DNA of 64,000 bases from Candidatus Aminicenantes bacterium (GCA_026393975.1 JAPKZD010000012.1:27007-91006), one strand, 5' to 3'. Positions 1 through 9,408 are shown, numbered from the stretch's first letter. Translations and numbers: made by a program. Notes: generated by a model from the letters alone, not told the origin.

Positions 1-1788
1 CTCTGCCAGGGGGAACATGATGAGCAGGCGCTTGTCCTGAGGAAGAACGGCGTTCTGGATCTGGTCGTAACCCGTGTCGTACCAGTGTTCGCCCCGGTCG
101 AAGATCTTCCGGGTGTGCCAGAGAGCGCCTATCGTGAAGTAATCTTCGCGAAGGGCCTTGAAGATGTCGAAGACGACGTAGCACTCCGGGTCCTTAATGT
201 AGACCACGACCCGGTCCGCCTGGTAGCCCCACCCGTCGTCGATGACGCGCGTCCGGCTGTAATCGAAGTCGTCGAAGGACAGGAAGTCGACTTTCCTCGT
301 CCGGACCGGTCGGTACGAGCCGGCATTACGCATGAACTCGAGAAGCGTCTGGCCGGGGACGGCGTCTCGGACGCCGTAGCGCGACTCGCCGGCCTGCTGG
401 CCCCAGAAGATCTTCTCCGGCCGGACGCAGAGGCGGTTGTGGAAGTAGTCCTGGCGGTAAGCCCCGTAGGGTCCGGACGGCATATAATCGCGGTAGCCGC
501 CGTCGTGGAGCAGGACCGAGCCGCCCGACATCAGCAGAACGAGGCTGTTCTCATCGGCGTGACCGTGCGTCATTTTCTCTTCCTCGACCGGGATCGTGTC
601 CCGCAGGTAGTCGCGGAAGTTCAGGCCGCCGTCGCCCTCGTCCCGGTAATTGAGGAGGAGGTAGCTCGAGAGGGGCGACCAGCCGTTCCGGAAAACTATT
701 TTTTTACCCTGGACGTCCTCCATGACTTCCATGGACGAGGCGGTGGGTACCGCGGCTTTGACTTCGTCCGTTCCCCAACGGTAGCAGTCGAGGAGCATGT
801 ATCCGAGGCCGGAGCTCGTCGGTTTGTCGAAATCGACGAATTTGGCGGCGATCGTCTCCGCCGCCCATTTGAGCCCGGGGTCCCGGAGGGCCGCCGCGGC
901 CGCTTCGAAGAAGACCAGGAAGTGGGTCCAGTTGGACGTCCAGTGGGCGTCGCCCAGGTCGGGGACGACGCCGGCCGGGCACATGAGGTTCAGGTAGTAT
1001 TGGGCGTAATAGAACATCTCGGGCGTCCGGAACAGCTCTTTGATCTCGTCCAGGGCGTCGGCGTAGCCGAGGAGAGAGTAAAGCCAGACGCCGTTGTAGA
1101 TCGTGGCGTCCTCGATCTGCCAGTTCCCCCAGTTGTCGTCGCCGAGGGCCCGCCTCTGCATATCCCATTTGGGCGTGTCCGGGTGTTTCGGCAGGGCGCG
1201 GACGGCCCAGGCTAGGGACTCGGCCCGGAGCGCGGAACGGTTCATCGGTCCCCATTCCTGGGTCCGGAGGAGGTAGCGCATGCTTCCGGCGATGAGGTCC
1301 GCCGCTTTCTTGTCCTCGGCGGGGGAGAGGCGCCCGAGGCGCCGGAGCGTGTCGTAGGTCCGGATGTAGCGCATAGCCGTGAAAAAGTCGGGCAGGGCCG
1401 GCACCCCGTCGGTGTAGTCGGGCCTGAGTTTGATGGACGATTCGGGATAGGCGGAGCGGTAATCGCCGTAGGTCAGGAGGACGTCCTTGGCCCGGGCGGC
1501 ATATTCGGACTTTTTTTCTTTTTCGTAGAGATACGAGTAGATCACCGCCATCTCAAGGAGCCCGCCGGGCGGGCGGTAGCCGAAGACGTTGAGGGGGTCG
1601 AAGGTCTTCTTCCACTGGGCGAGGAGCTCGTCGGCGTGGTCGTATGTCCAGGCGGCCGAGGCCCGGGCGTAGGCCAGGTAGCGATCGCGCGGGGCGCCCT
1701 GGAGCGAAGGTGCCAGGAGAGGCAGGAGAGAGATAACGGTGATTACGAGGGCAGCTGAGCGGCTGATTCCCAAAGGCATTGTTCTCAT
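1..1788 (-). CDS. secreted heparinase II/III-like polysaccharide lyase family protein (partial: ORF runs off the window start)
   Basis: ATG at 1788-1786 (complement) with AGGAG 7 nt upstream. Frame stays open to position 1, which is why it is missing from the ORF track. N-terminal signal peptide MRTMPLGISRSAALVITVISLLPLLA. Motif MTHGHADENSLVLLMSGGSVLLHDGGY resembles the HGHxD...LxDxG...Y block of the heparinase II/III C-terminal domain. Confidence 0.6.
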   Translation of the reverse strand, partial: MRTMPLGISRSAALVITVISLLPLLAPSLQGAPRDRYLAYARASAAWTYDHADELLAQWKKTFDPLNVFGYRPPGGLLEMAVIYSYLYEKEKKSEYAARAKDVLLTYGDYRSAYPESSIKLRPDYTDGVPALPDFFTAMRYIRTYDTLRRLGRLSPAEDKKAADLIAGSMRYLLRTQEWGPMNRSALRAESLAWAVRALPKHPDTPKWDMQRRALGDDNWGNWQIEDATIYNGVWLYSLLGYADALDEIKELFRTPEMFYYAQYYLNLMCPAGVVPDLGDAHWTSNWTHFLVFFEAAAAALRDPGLKWAAETIAAKFVDFDKPTSSGLGYMLLDCYRWGTDEVKAAVPTASSMEVMEDVQGKKIVFRNGWSPLSSYLLLNYRDEGDGGLNFRDYLRDTIPVEEEKMTHGHADENSLVLLMSGGSVLLHDGGYRDYMPSGPYGAYRQDYFHNRLCVRPEKIFWGQQAGESRYGVRDAVPGQTLLEFMRNAGSYRPVRTRKVDFLSFDDFDYSRTRVIDDGWGYQADRVVVYIKDPECYVVFDIFKALREDYFTIGALWHTRKIFDRGEHWYDTGYDQIQNAVLPQDKRLLIMFPLAE

Positions 1789-1926
1789 GGTCTCACTCCT
1801 CAAGGCTTTAACTTTTTTTATCACAATTCCCCGGTCGACGCAAAACCCCCTGGTCCGGGAGTTTCCTGTTGCGAGCGTTGCCGGGCGTGTGAGAGAATAA
1901 ACGCGAATAGTTCGGAAGGAGTCAGC

Positions 1927-2871
1927 ATGGCCATGAAGATCGGAAGACGGGAATTCTTCAGGAAGAGCGCCCAGGCCGGATTAGCCCTGGCCGTGGGGCG
2001 GGAGCTCGTAGCGAGGGCAAAACCCGTCGGCGCAGGCCTTGCCGGCAAGGCCGTGTTCGTAGCCGTGGGCATCGGTGCGGACTACGAGAAAGCGACGATG
2101 AAGGCCGTGGAGCTGCTGGGCGGTATCAAGAAGTTCGTCCCCAAGAAAGCCAGGGTCGCCCTGCTCCCGAACGTCCAGAGCCGTCACCCCGGTTCCTTCA
2201 CCAAACCCGAGGTCCTGCGGGCCGTCATCAAGCTTTGTAAGAAAGCCGGGGCGAAAGAGATCAATTGCCTAAGCTGGCAATCGATCAAGCAGTGGGAGGA
2301 TACGGGCCTCAAGGCCGTCATCGACGCGGAGGGCGTGGGGCTCAGGCTCTTCGAGACCGACGAGGCGCTTTTCAAGCCCGTGCCGGTCCCCGGCGGGCAG
2401 GCCATCACCGAGGTCCGTATCCTGGCCGATTTCTACAACCACGACCTCCTCATCAATATGCCTATCACCAAAGACCATGCAGGGAACAAATTCACCGGGA
2501 CGATGAAGAACCTCATGGGCCTGAACTCGCCCGGGAACAACCGGACCTTCCACCGGCCGAACTGGAAGACGGACCCGAACGACGTCGCCCACCTCGAGCA
2601 GGCGATCGTCGACCTGAACAAGGCGGTGAAGCCTGCCCTCAACGTCGTCGACGCCACCGAGTTCATCGTCACGAACGGTCCCTTCGGGCCGGGCCAGCTC
2701 TTAAGGCCTCAGAAAGTGGTCGCCGGCACCGACCGAGTCGCCGTCGACGCCTACTGCGCCGGCCTCTGGGGCCTCGAGCCCAAGGACATCGTCCAGATCA
2801 AACGAGCCTCCGAGCAGGGGCTTGGGGAGATCAACCTGGACAAGGTCGTCGTCAGGGAAGAGAACGTTTAG
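1927..2871 (+). CDS. DUF362 domain protein with twin-arginine (Tat) signal
   Basis: GGAAGGAG RBS 5 nt upstream. N-terminal RREFFRKSAQAGLALAVG is a Tat motif. Body has DUF362-like layout (NMPITKDH, VVDAT.F). GC3-biased codon usage. Confidence 0.55.
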   Translation: MAMKIGRREFFRKSAQAGLALAVGRELVARAKPVGAGLAGKAVFVAVGIGADYEKATMKAVELLGGIKKFVPKKARVALLPNVQSRHPGSFTKPEVLRAVIKLCKKAGAKEINCLSWQSIKQWEDTGLKAVIDAEGVGLRLFETDEALFKPVPVPGGQAITEVRILADFYNHDLLINMPITKDHAGNKFTGTMKNLMGLNSPGNNRTFHRPNWKTDPNDVAHLEQAIVDLNKAVKPALNVVDATEFIVTNGPFGPGQLLRPQKVVAGTDRVAVDAYCAGLWGLEPKDIVQIKRASEQGLGEINLDKVVVREENV

Positions 2872-2905
2872 CGGACTCCGGAGGCCGGGCGGGGAGGTCG
2901 GCAAA

Positions 2906-3823
2906 ATGGCTGCAGCCAGGGGACTTCGCGCGACTTTGTTCCTGATGGGCTTATTCATCGCCAGCGCGTGGGCGGCATCGGGACTTTTCGAAGAAGGTCC
3001 GCTCCGGGCTTACCTTCCAGCGGACAATGCCGCCTCCGGCTGGACGAAGGAAGGGGAGCTCCAAGAATACGAGGGCGAGGAGCTCTACACTTACATCGAC
3101 GGCGGCGCAGAGATCTACCAGGAATACGGTTTCCGCCGGGTTATCCTCCAGGACTATAAGAACGCCAAAGGAAAGTCCGTCTCGCTCGAGATCTTCGAGA
3201 TGGAAACGCCGGCCGCCGCCTTCGGCATGTTCACGTTCAAGAGGTCCGGAGGTGGAAAGACGGTCTCTCTCGGCGCGGGCGCGGAGCTCGAGGCCTACTA
3301 CCTCAACTTCTGGAAGGGCAGGTTCCTGGTGACGCTGACGGGCTTCGACGAGGCCCGGGAAACGATCGACGGGCTTATGGGTATAGGCGGAGTCGTGGAC
3401 TCGAAAATCCGGGACGCGGGAGCGGCGCCCGGTCTCGTCGGCGCCCTGCCGGCGAAGGGCCTAGTTCCCGGCAGTGTCAAATATCTCAAGGGCCTGCTCG
3501 GCCTCAACAATATCTATTCCTTTTATACGTCGCGGGGGCTGGGTTTCTCGGAAGCGGCCAGGGGGGTCTACGAAAACGGGGCGACCCTGCTCATCCTGGA
3601 TTACGGGACAGCCGATGCCCGGGCCCGGGCCTGGCTTGACCTTAAAGCCCATCTCGCGGGCTCGGACAAATTCACGGCAGCGGCCGGCGGAAGCCCGGAC
3701 GTCTTCCGCGTCCTGGACGCTAAAGGGCAGAATGTGGCGATCGTGGAATCGGGGCCGCGCCTCCTCATCGGCATCAGCCCCGACCCGTCTGCCTCTCTCT
3801 CTATAGTCGGGCAGGCTCGTTAA
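2906..3823 (+). CDS. secreted hypothetical protein (signal peptide); C-terminal 15 aa are encoded by a 55-nt repeat unit
   Basis: Track ORF 2822..3823 trimmed to ATG 2906 (GGGGAGG RBS, then MAAARGLRATLFLMGLFIASAWAASG signal peptide). No recognisable catalytic motif. Confidence 0.5.
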   Translation: MAAARGLRATLFLMGLFIASAWAASGLFEEGPLRAYLPADNAASGWTKEGELQEYEGEELYTYIDGGAEIYQEYGFRRVILQDYKNAKGKSVSLEIFEMETPAAAFGMFTFKRSGGGKTVSLGAGAELEAYYLNFWKGRFLVTLTGFDEARETIDGLMGIGGVVDSKIRDAGAAPGLVGALPAKGLVPGSVKYLKGLLGLNNIYSFYTSRGLGFSEAARGVYENGATLLILDYGTADARARAWLDLKAHLAGSDKFTAAAGGSPDVFRVLDAKGQNVAIVESGPRLLIGISPDPSASLSIVGQAR

Positions 3824-3938
3824 GAGGGTCAGCCCCGACCCGTCTGCTTCTCTCGCTATAGTCGGGCAGTCCCGCTGAAAGCAGGGGCGGCTCCGACCCC
3901 GCTGTCCTCCGGGCTTACCCGTTCGCCAACGTTAAGCC
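3774..3938. repeat. degenerating tandem direct repeat, about 3 units of 55 nt; each unit carries a CCCGAC...GTCGGG inverted repeat
   Basis: Unit 1 core 3774-3814 (tcagccccgacccgtctgcctctctctctatagtcgggcag) and unit 2 core 3829-3869 differ at 2 of 41 positions. Unit 3 at 3884 is degenerate (ggctccgaccccgctgtcctcc). Unit 1 lies inside the CDS ending at 3823. Confidence 0.6.
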
Positions 3939-3984
3939 CCGCCTTTCAAGGCGGGGATGATAATTGAGGCTCAGGGTTAACCTC

Positions 3985-4023
3985 GAACGAGCCCCGGCCT
4001 TGCCAAGACCGGGGCTCGTTCGA
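3985..4023. terminator. perfect 14-bp stem/11-nt loop hairpin between convergent genes (possible bidirectional terminator or structured RNA element; no U-tract)
   Basis: cgaacgagccccgg ccttgccaaga ccggggctcgttcg. It lies between the stop at 3823 (+) and the stop at 4028 (-). Smaller hairpins lie upstream (ccccgcc tttcaa ggcgggg at about 3939-3958). Confidence 0.35.
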
Positions 4024-4027
4024 AGGT

Positions 4028-4678
4028 TTACTGCAGGACCTGCTTGACGATATCGACGAGCCCCAGGGCGTATTCGATCTCAGTGAGCGGGATTTTCTTG
4101 GCCTGGGCGATCTTGGTGAACCGGCCGTCCCTATTGCTGTCTTTTGTCACGACGATGTAATCGGCGAGAGGGGCCACGGCGTCGATCATTCTCTCGTTGT
4201 CGCTCCCGGCCGCCCCGCGCTTCGATTCGCCGCCGATGTGGACGGCCATGACGAAAATCTTTTTCTGCTTGCAGAGTTCGATGCATTTCCGTAGACGGGT
4301 CTCCTCGCTGTCGAGAGTCAGGCCCGACGCCCCCATGCCTTTGAGGCTCGCCCCGATCGCGAAGATTACGGCCTTATAGGGCGTTCCGGCCGGGAACTTG
4401 GCCAGGTCGGTCGTGACCTCGATGTGGAAACCGGGGCCCGATTCGCGCCCGCCGAGCCCGACGCCGTCGGCCACCATTTCGGGGGTCGGGACGTCGCAGT
4501 AATCGTAGGCGATCGCGGCCTCGTCGAGGACGATGTTGAGGGTCGTCACGTCCGTGCTCTGGCCGGCCGAGGTCGTCAGCACGGGCAGGCCGGCCTTGGG
4601 GATCGTCTGTCCGGCGATGAGCAGGGTCAGGCCGAGGATCGCTCCGGCGGCCAGCCCCAAGATAATATTCTTCTTCAT
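4028..4678 (-). CDS. membrane-anchored hypothetical protein (N-terminal TM/signal anchor), last gene of a six-gene operon
   Basis: 216 aa, MKKNIILGLAAGAILGLTLLIAG anchor. No confident family assignment. 33 nt downstream of C69 dipeptidase 1 on the same strand. Confidence 0.5.
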   Translation of the reverse strand: MKKNIILGLAAGAILGLTLLIAGQTIPKAGLPVLTTSAGQSTDVTTLNIVLDEAAIAYDYCDVPTPEMVADGVGLGGRESGPGFHIEVTTDLAKFPAGTPYKAVIFAIGASLKGMGASGLTLDSEETRLRKCIELCKQKKIFVMAVHIGGESKRGAAGSDNERMIDAVAPLADYIVVTKDSNRDGRFTKIAQAKKIPLTEIEYALGLVDIVKQVLQ

Positions 4679-4711
4679 GTTCGTTCTCCTTCCGCGGACG
4701 CCCGGCGCCCG

Positions 4712-6436
4712 CTACTTCTTATCGGGCTCCATGAGGATGTCGAACGCCCGGGCGGCCTTCTTCCACCAGTCGGGAGTCGCCGGCTGGCCGCGGGAGAAGC
4801 CCCGTTTATCGGCGTTGTAGAGGTAGAGTCTGTTATATTTCACGAGAAGGTCGTCGCCGAGTTTCCACCAGGCGTTGACGACCGTCGTGACGTTATTGAG
4901 CGCGAACCCGGTCAGGAATTTCGCCGTCTCGGCCGGCTTCTTTTTGTAGAGGGCCAGGGCCTGCTGGTCGATCTCCGGAATGCGGGCGATCGCTTCCCCT
5001 TCGTACTTGGCCTGGGCCGCCGCGACGTCCTTGATGGCCTCGGAGTAGGCGACCTGGACATGGAAATCCGTGTAGTCGAAGGCCCAGCGGACCGAATCCC
5101 GGCTGAAGGTCCAGTGGTCGCCGACCATGAAGGACTTGGGCATCTCGGTCATTCCGGCGTAGAGCGGCATGTAGCAGGACGTGTCCTGGGAGCCGAAGGC
5201 GATCCAGACGATGCCGCCGATCGCGTCGGGCAGGCCGGCCCTGCTTTGAGTGACCGTCGAGTACTCGGCCAGGCCGTGGTCGATGACCCGCGTCCCCCGG
5301 TAGTAGTTGGGGTTCTTGAACGGACCGCCGCGGATGCCCATGACAGGGTCGAAGGGCGTCCCGTAACTCCGGTCCCGGGTCATGTTCATGACGTCCTGGA
5401 CAGAGATCTTGGCGTCGGGTTTCACCGAGAAAGGCAGATCCATATTCAGCGTCTCGGGCTTGAACTTCTTGGACGGGGCGACGATGTCGAAGAAGCGCCA
5501 CAGTCTCTGGATCCGGCCGTTGGTGCTGGCCGCGCTGCCTTCGACCGGGGAGTAGGCCCGCTTCCAGTTGAAGGGTTTGCCGCTCTTGGGGTCGTAATAC
5601 CCCATTTCGACCGCGAGCGATACGGCGTTCGGCGAGGCCATGAAGAAGTCCTTGTTGGCGAGGTCGATCTCGCCGATGCGCGATTCGTTGGGGCAGACGC
5701 TGACGTGGTCGTCCGGCACGCGCTGCGCGCACCAGACGGCGCCGGGCTTGCCGCTCTCCGGGGTCCACAGGGGTCCCGCGGGCATGATCTCGAAGATCCA
5801 GGCTTCCTTCGGGTCGGCCACGGCCAGCATCTCGCCGTCGTCATGGAAGCCGTAGCCGTACTTCTCGGCGAGCGACCCCATGACCTGGATGGCCTGGCGG
5901 GCCGTGCCGCCTCGTTCCATGCCCAAAAGTGTCAACATGGTCAGGTCGAGCTTGGCCGCCGGCGTCGGGTTCTGCATCTTCCGCTGACAGCCGATGGTCG
6001 ATTCGCCCATCGACACCTGCTTCTCGTTCATGTAGCCGAACATGCCGTGGTGGTAGGCATAGGTGTGGGGCACTTCGGGGATCTCGAGACCGGCGTAGTC
6101 CTTCTTGTAGAGGTCCCACTTGAGGCCTTCCGACGGCGGCCAGGTCTTGTACTGCGAGATGTGGTAGATCTTCCGGGTCGAGCCGGGCTTGTGGTCCGCG
6201 GCGGGGACGTGACGCCATGTCCAGTCGCACGTGCCGCAGTCGCAGGTGTGCGTGGTCATGACGGAGCCGTCCATCGAGGCGTCCTTGCCGACGAGGATGG
6301 ATGTGCACGCTTCGCCGGCGAGGACGATGTCCTCGAAGCCGGCTTGGGCCTGGCTCCTGGCCGTCGAAATGAGGCCGGCCAGGACGACGGCCAGGACGAG
6401 CGTCCCGCCGACGGCGATGAGTCGTTTTCTGTTCAT
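4712..6436 (-). CDS. secreted C69-family dipeptidase (Ntn hydrolase, N-terminal Cys nucleophile), paralog 1
   Basis: 574 aa. Signal peptide, then GEA|CTSILVGKDASMDGSVMTTH, which matches the C69 N-terminal Cys-Thr block. About 65% identity to the adjacent paralog. Confidence 0.75.
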   Translation of the reverse strand: MNRKRLIAVGGTLVLAVVLAGLISTARSQAQAGFEDIVLAGEACTSILVGKDASMDGSVMTTHTCDCGTCDWTWRHVPAADHKPGSTRKIYHISQYKTWPPSEGLKWDLYKKDYAGLEIPEVPHTYAYHHGMFGYMNEKQVSMGESTIGCQRKMQNPTPAAKLDLTMLTLLGMERGGTARQAIQVMGSLAEKYGYGFHDDGEMLAVADPKEAWIFEIMPAGPLWTPESGKPGAVWCAQRVPDDHVSVCPNESRIGEIDLANKDFFMASPNAVSLAVEMGYYDPKSGKPFNWKRAYSPVEGSAASTNGRIQRLWRFFDIVAPSKKFKPETLNMDLPFSVKPDAKISVQDVMNMTRDRSYGTPFDPVMGIRGGPFKNPNYYRGTRVIDHGLAEYSTVTQSRAGLPDAIGGIVWIAFGSQDTSCYMPLYAGMTEMPKSFMVGDHWTFSRDSVRWAFDYTDFHVQVAYSEAIKDVAAAQAKYEGEAIARIPEIDQQALALYKKKPAETAKFLTGFALNNVTTVVNAWWKLGDDLLVKYNRLYLYNADKRGFSRGQPATPDWWKKAARAFDILMEPDKK

Positions 6437-6464
6437 GTTGCGCTCCTTTTTCAGGGGGATACGG

Positions 6465-8198
6465 TTACTTCTTTTCGGGCTCGGTCAGGACGTCCAGGGC
6501 CTTGACGGCCCTGTTCCACCATTCCGGGTTGGCCGTGGGGATGCGGCCGCTCGACCGCTTCTCGGCGTTGTAGAGGCTGAGGTGGTTGTATTTCACCCAG
6601 AGGTCGTCGCCGAGCTTCCACCAGGCGCCGACCACGCTCGTCGCGTTGCTCTGGCTGAAGTCGGTGAGAAAGCGGACGGCCTCCTTGGGATTCTTCTTGT
6701 AGAGCTCGGCCGCCCGGGCGTCGATCTCGGGGACGCGGTCGAGGGCGCCGTCCTCCCAAGTTTTCCGGGCCGCCTTGACGTCCTCGATGGCGGCGTTGTA
6801 GGCGACCTGGACGTGGAAGTCGACGTAGTCGAAGGCCCAGCGGGCGGAGTCCCGGTTGAGGACGAAGTGGTCGCCGAGGCCGAAGGACTTAGGGATCTCG
6901 GTCGCCCCGGCGTAGAACGGGACGTAGCAGGACGTGTCCTGGGCGCCGAGGGCGACCCAGACGATGCCGCCGACCGGGTCGGGAAGCCACGAACGGCACT
7001 GGGTCAGGGTCGTATACTCGACGTTGGGAACGCTGATGAGGCGCGTGCCCTTGTAATAGTTCGGGTTCTTGAAGGGGCCGCCGCGGAGCCCCCGGACGGG
7101 ATCGAAAACCGAGCCCTGGGATTTATCGCGGGTCAGGGCCATGACGTCCCGAACCGAGAGCTTGGTGTCGGGTTTGACGGAGAAGGGGAAGTCCATGTTG
7201 GCCAAATCGACCTTGAACTTCTGGGACGGGGCGACGAGATCGAAGAAACGCCACATGCGGGAGTTGCGGCCCGCTGTGCTGAGGGCGCTTCCCTCCGACG
7301 GCGAATAGGCTCTCTTCCAACTGAAGGCCTTTCCGCCTTTGGGGTCGTAGAGCCCGGCCTCGACGGCATAGGAGACGACGTGGGCCGAGGCCATGAAGAA
7401 ATCGGCGTTGCCGAGGTCCATTTCGCCGATACGCGCCTCATTCGTGCAGACGGAGACGTGGTCGTCCGGAACCCGCTGGGCCGCCCAGACGGCGCCGGGC
7501 TTTCCGGACTTCGGAGTCCAGAGCGGGCCGACGGGCATGATCTCGAAGACCCAGACCTCCTTCGGGTCGGAGACGGCCAGCATTTCGCCTCCGTCGTGGT
7601 AGCCGTAGCCGTATTCCTCGGCCAGCGTGCCCATGAGCTTGATGGCCTCGCGGGCCGTCCGGCACCGCTCCATGGCCAGGAGGGTCAGCATAGAGATGTT
7701 GAGTGCGGGGGTCGGCGTCGGGTTGGAGATCTTGCGGACGTTGTTGATGGTCGATTCGGCGATGGCCAGCTGCTGGTCGTTCATGTAGCCGAAGACGGCG
7801 TGGTGGTAGCCGAAGGTATGCGGCACCTGCGGGATCTCGACGCCGGTGAAGTCCTTGAGGACCATGTCCCACTTGAGCCCCTCCGAGGGTGGCCAGGTCC
7901 GGATCTGGTTGATGTGGTAGAGCTTCCTCTTCTCGGTCGGCTTGTGATCGGCGGCCGGGACATGTCTCCAGGTGAAGTCACAGACGCCGCAGTCGGCCGC
8001 ATGAGTGCTCATGACCGAGCCGTCGGTCGAAGCCTCGCGCCCGACCATGATGACCGTGCAGGCCTCCGAGGTTTTGTCGAGGGCCGGGCCGGAAAACGGG
8101 CTATGGCCGGGGTCCAGGCTCAACCCGCCCGCGAACACGAGGACGGCGGCGAGGACCAGGGTGCCGGTGATTTTCTTCCGGATGGACATTTTTAACAC
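6465..8198 (-). CDS. secreted C69-family dipeptidase, paralog 2 (tandem duplicate)
   Basis: 577 aa. SEA|CTVIMVGREASTDGSVMSTH. Collinear with 4712..6436 over the full length. 28 nt gap to paralog 1. Confidence 0.75.
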   Translation of the reverse strand: MLKMSIRKKITGTLVLAAVLVFAGGLSLDPGHSPFSGPALDKTSEACTVIMVGREASTDGSVMSTHAADCGVCDFTWRHVPAADHKPTEKRKLYHINQIRTWPPSEGLKWDMVLKDFTGVEIPQVPHTFGYHHAVFGYMNDQQLAIAESTINNVRKISNPTPTPALNISMLTLLAMERCRTAREAIKLMGTLAEEYGYGYHDGGEMLAVSDPKEVWVFEIMPVGPLWTPKSGKPGAVWAAQRVPDDHVSVCTNEARIGEMDLGNADFFMASAHVVSYAVEAGLYDPKGGKAFSWKRAYSPSEGSALSTAGRNSRMWRFFDLVAPSQKFKVDLANMDFPFSVKPDTKLSVRDVMALTRDKSQGSVFDPVRGLRGGPFKNPNYYKGTRLISVPNVEYTTLTQCRSWLPDPVGGIVWVALGAQDTSCYVPFYAGATEIPKSFGLGDHFVLNRDSARWAFDYVDFHVQVAYNAAIEDVKAARKTWEDGALDRVPEIDARAAELYKKNPKEAVRFLTDFSQSNATSVVGAWWKLGDDLWVKYNHLSLYNAEKRSSGRIPTANPEWWNRAVKALDVLTEPEKK

Positions 8199-8229
8199 CT
8201 CCCGGGGAGCTTCGATGGGCCGGCCCCGC

Positions 8230-9408
8230 TCAATTCATGACGACGCCGCCGGCCGCGGCCTTGGCCGGGTCTCCGAGATAGCGCCCGACGCCGTTCTTGA
8301 CGACGTCGGCGTAGCGGGGGACGCCCCGGAGGACGATGGGCCGGTCCGGCGTTTTCTTGGAGAATTGACGGAATATCTCGAGGGTCACGGACAGGTTCTG
8401 ACCGACCCGCTTCTCCAGCGACCAGCCGCTTTCGTCGTAAGGGACGAAGAGCTTCTTTTTTTTGGACAAGCTGAGCAGGAACGGGTCCTTGCCATCGAGA
8501 AGGAACTTCGTCGTCTTCGGTCCTGTGGGCTGGTCGAGGAAGGGGATGGGGGCCTCGAGGAGGAAGGGCATGGTCGCGGAGTAGTCGCCGATCTCCCTGT
8601 GGGACAAACCGCGGAATCCGACCGGCGAAGGCTCGACGTGGTTCTCGAAACCCTCCATGGCCTTCACGGTCAGGGAAGCCAGGGTCGCGATTTTGACCGA
8701 TTTTTCCGGGGCGACGATGCAGTTTGTCACCGGAAACATCGTCTCCGCGCCGTGGATGTCGACGGCCACGTCGATCTTGTCGCGGCGCATGAGCTCCATG
8801 GCCCCGAAGGTCACCCGTTCCATGAGTGGGCCGTCCGGCCTTCCCGGCCAGGTCCGGTTGGTGTTACGGACGTCGAGGAACGAGAGGAGCTGCCGGTCCG
8901 GGTAGTGGATGTAGACGTCCGGGTCGGGCCACTGGTCGAGCGGGGAGGCGTCGCGGTTGCCGAAGCGGAACCGCCGCGAGCCCCAGTCCGTCGGGACGTC
9001 GAAGGTGAGCGGGTAGCCGTCGCCCGGGCGCGTGTTGCGGCTGCCGCTGTTGTTGAAGAAGGGGATGACGTAAATCGTGCCCTTCTCGACGACGGCGTTC
9101 TCGATAAAGACAAGGGCGGTGAGCATGCCCTCGGGTTCGTTCGAGTGGGTGTTGCCCATGATCAGGGCCTTGCCGCCTGGCTCTTTCCCCTGAAGGACAA
9201 AAATATACGTGTCGCCCGCCGTGCCCTTGAGCCGCGGAGAGAAATCGCTCAGGCGGAGGACCGCGGTTACGCCCGGGCCTTTGATGATAGGGACATCGTA
9301 ATGCCTGTGGCGGAAAAGCGGCAGGCCGCCCCAGAGGACGAGGCCGAGGAAAGCGCCCGCCAGAATGGCCTTGAGCAGAAATTCCCGTTTCATGCCGTCG
9401 TCTTTCAT
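8230..9408 (-). CDS. succinylglutamate desuccinylase/aspartoacylase (AstE/AspA)-type, M14-like zinc deacylase/carboxypeptidase, N-terminally anchored
   Basis: 392 aa. N-terminal TM anchor. GNTHSNEPEG matches the G-x-H-x-N-E zinc-binding block of the AstE/AspA and M14 clan. Confidence 0.6.
   Translation of the reverse strand: MKDDGMKREFLLKAILAGAFLGLVLWGGLPLFRHRHYDVPIIKGPGVTAVLRLSDFSPRLKGTAGDTYIFVLQGKEPGGKALIMGNTHSNEPEGMLTALVFIENAVVEKGTIYVIPFFNNSGSRNTRPGDGYPLTFDVPTDWGSRRFRFGNRDASPLDQWPDPDVYIHYPDRQLLSFLDVRNTNRTWPGRPDGPLMERVTFGAMELMRRDKIDVAVDIHGAETMFPVTNCIVAPEKSVKIATLASLTVKAMEGFENHVEPSPVGFRGLSHREIGDYSATMPFLLEAPIPFLDQPTGPKTTKFLLDGKDPFLLSLSKKKKLFVPYDESGWSLEKRVGQNLSVTLEIFRQFSKKTPDRPIVLRGVPRYADVVKNGVGRYLGDPAKAAAGGVVMN

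Noticed and set aside
85-1215. 376-aa plus-strand ORF overlapping the heparinase-like gene
   Set aside because: Antisense shadow ORF: low-complexity V/D/E/A/R-rich translation, no RBS. The opposite strand carries a motif-bearing, signal-peptide protein in a consistent frame.
3774-3938. Possible CRISPR array
   Set aside because: Only about 3 units. The spacers would be 14 nt, the units decay rapidly, and there are no cas genes. It is a tandem repeat, not CRISPR.
4424-8195. Long plus-strand ORFs (4424..6505, 6231..8195) opposite the C69 dipeptidases
   Set aside because: Typical high-GC antisense frames (G/R/D/V-rich, no domains). The dipeptidase frames have clear catalytic motifs and signal peptides.
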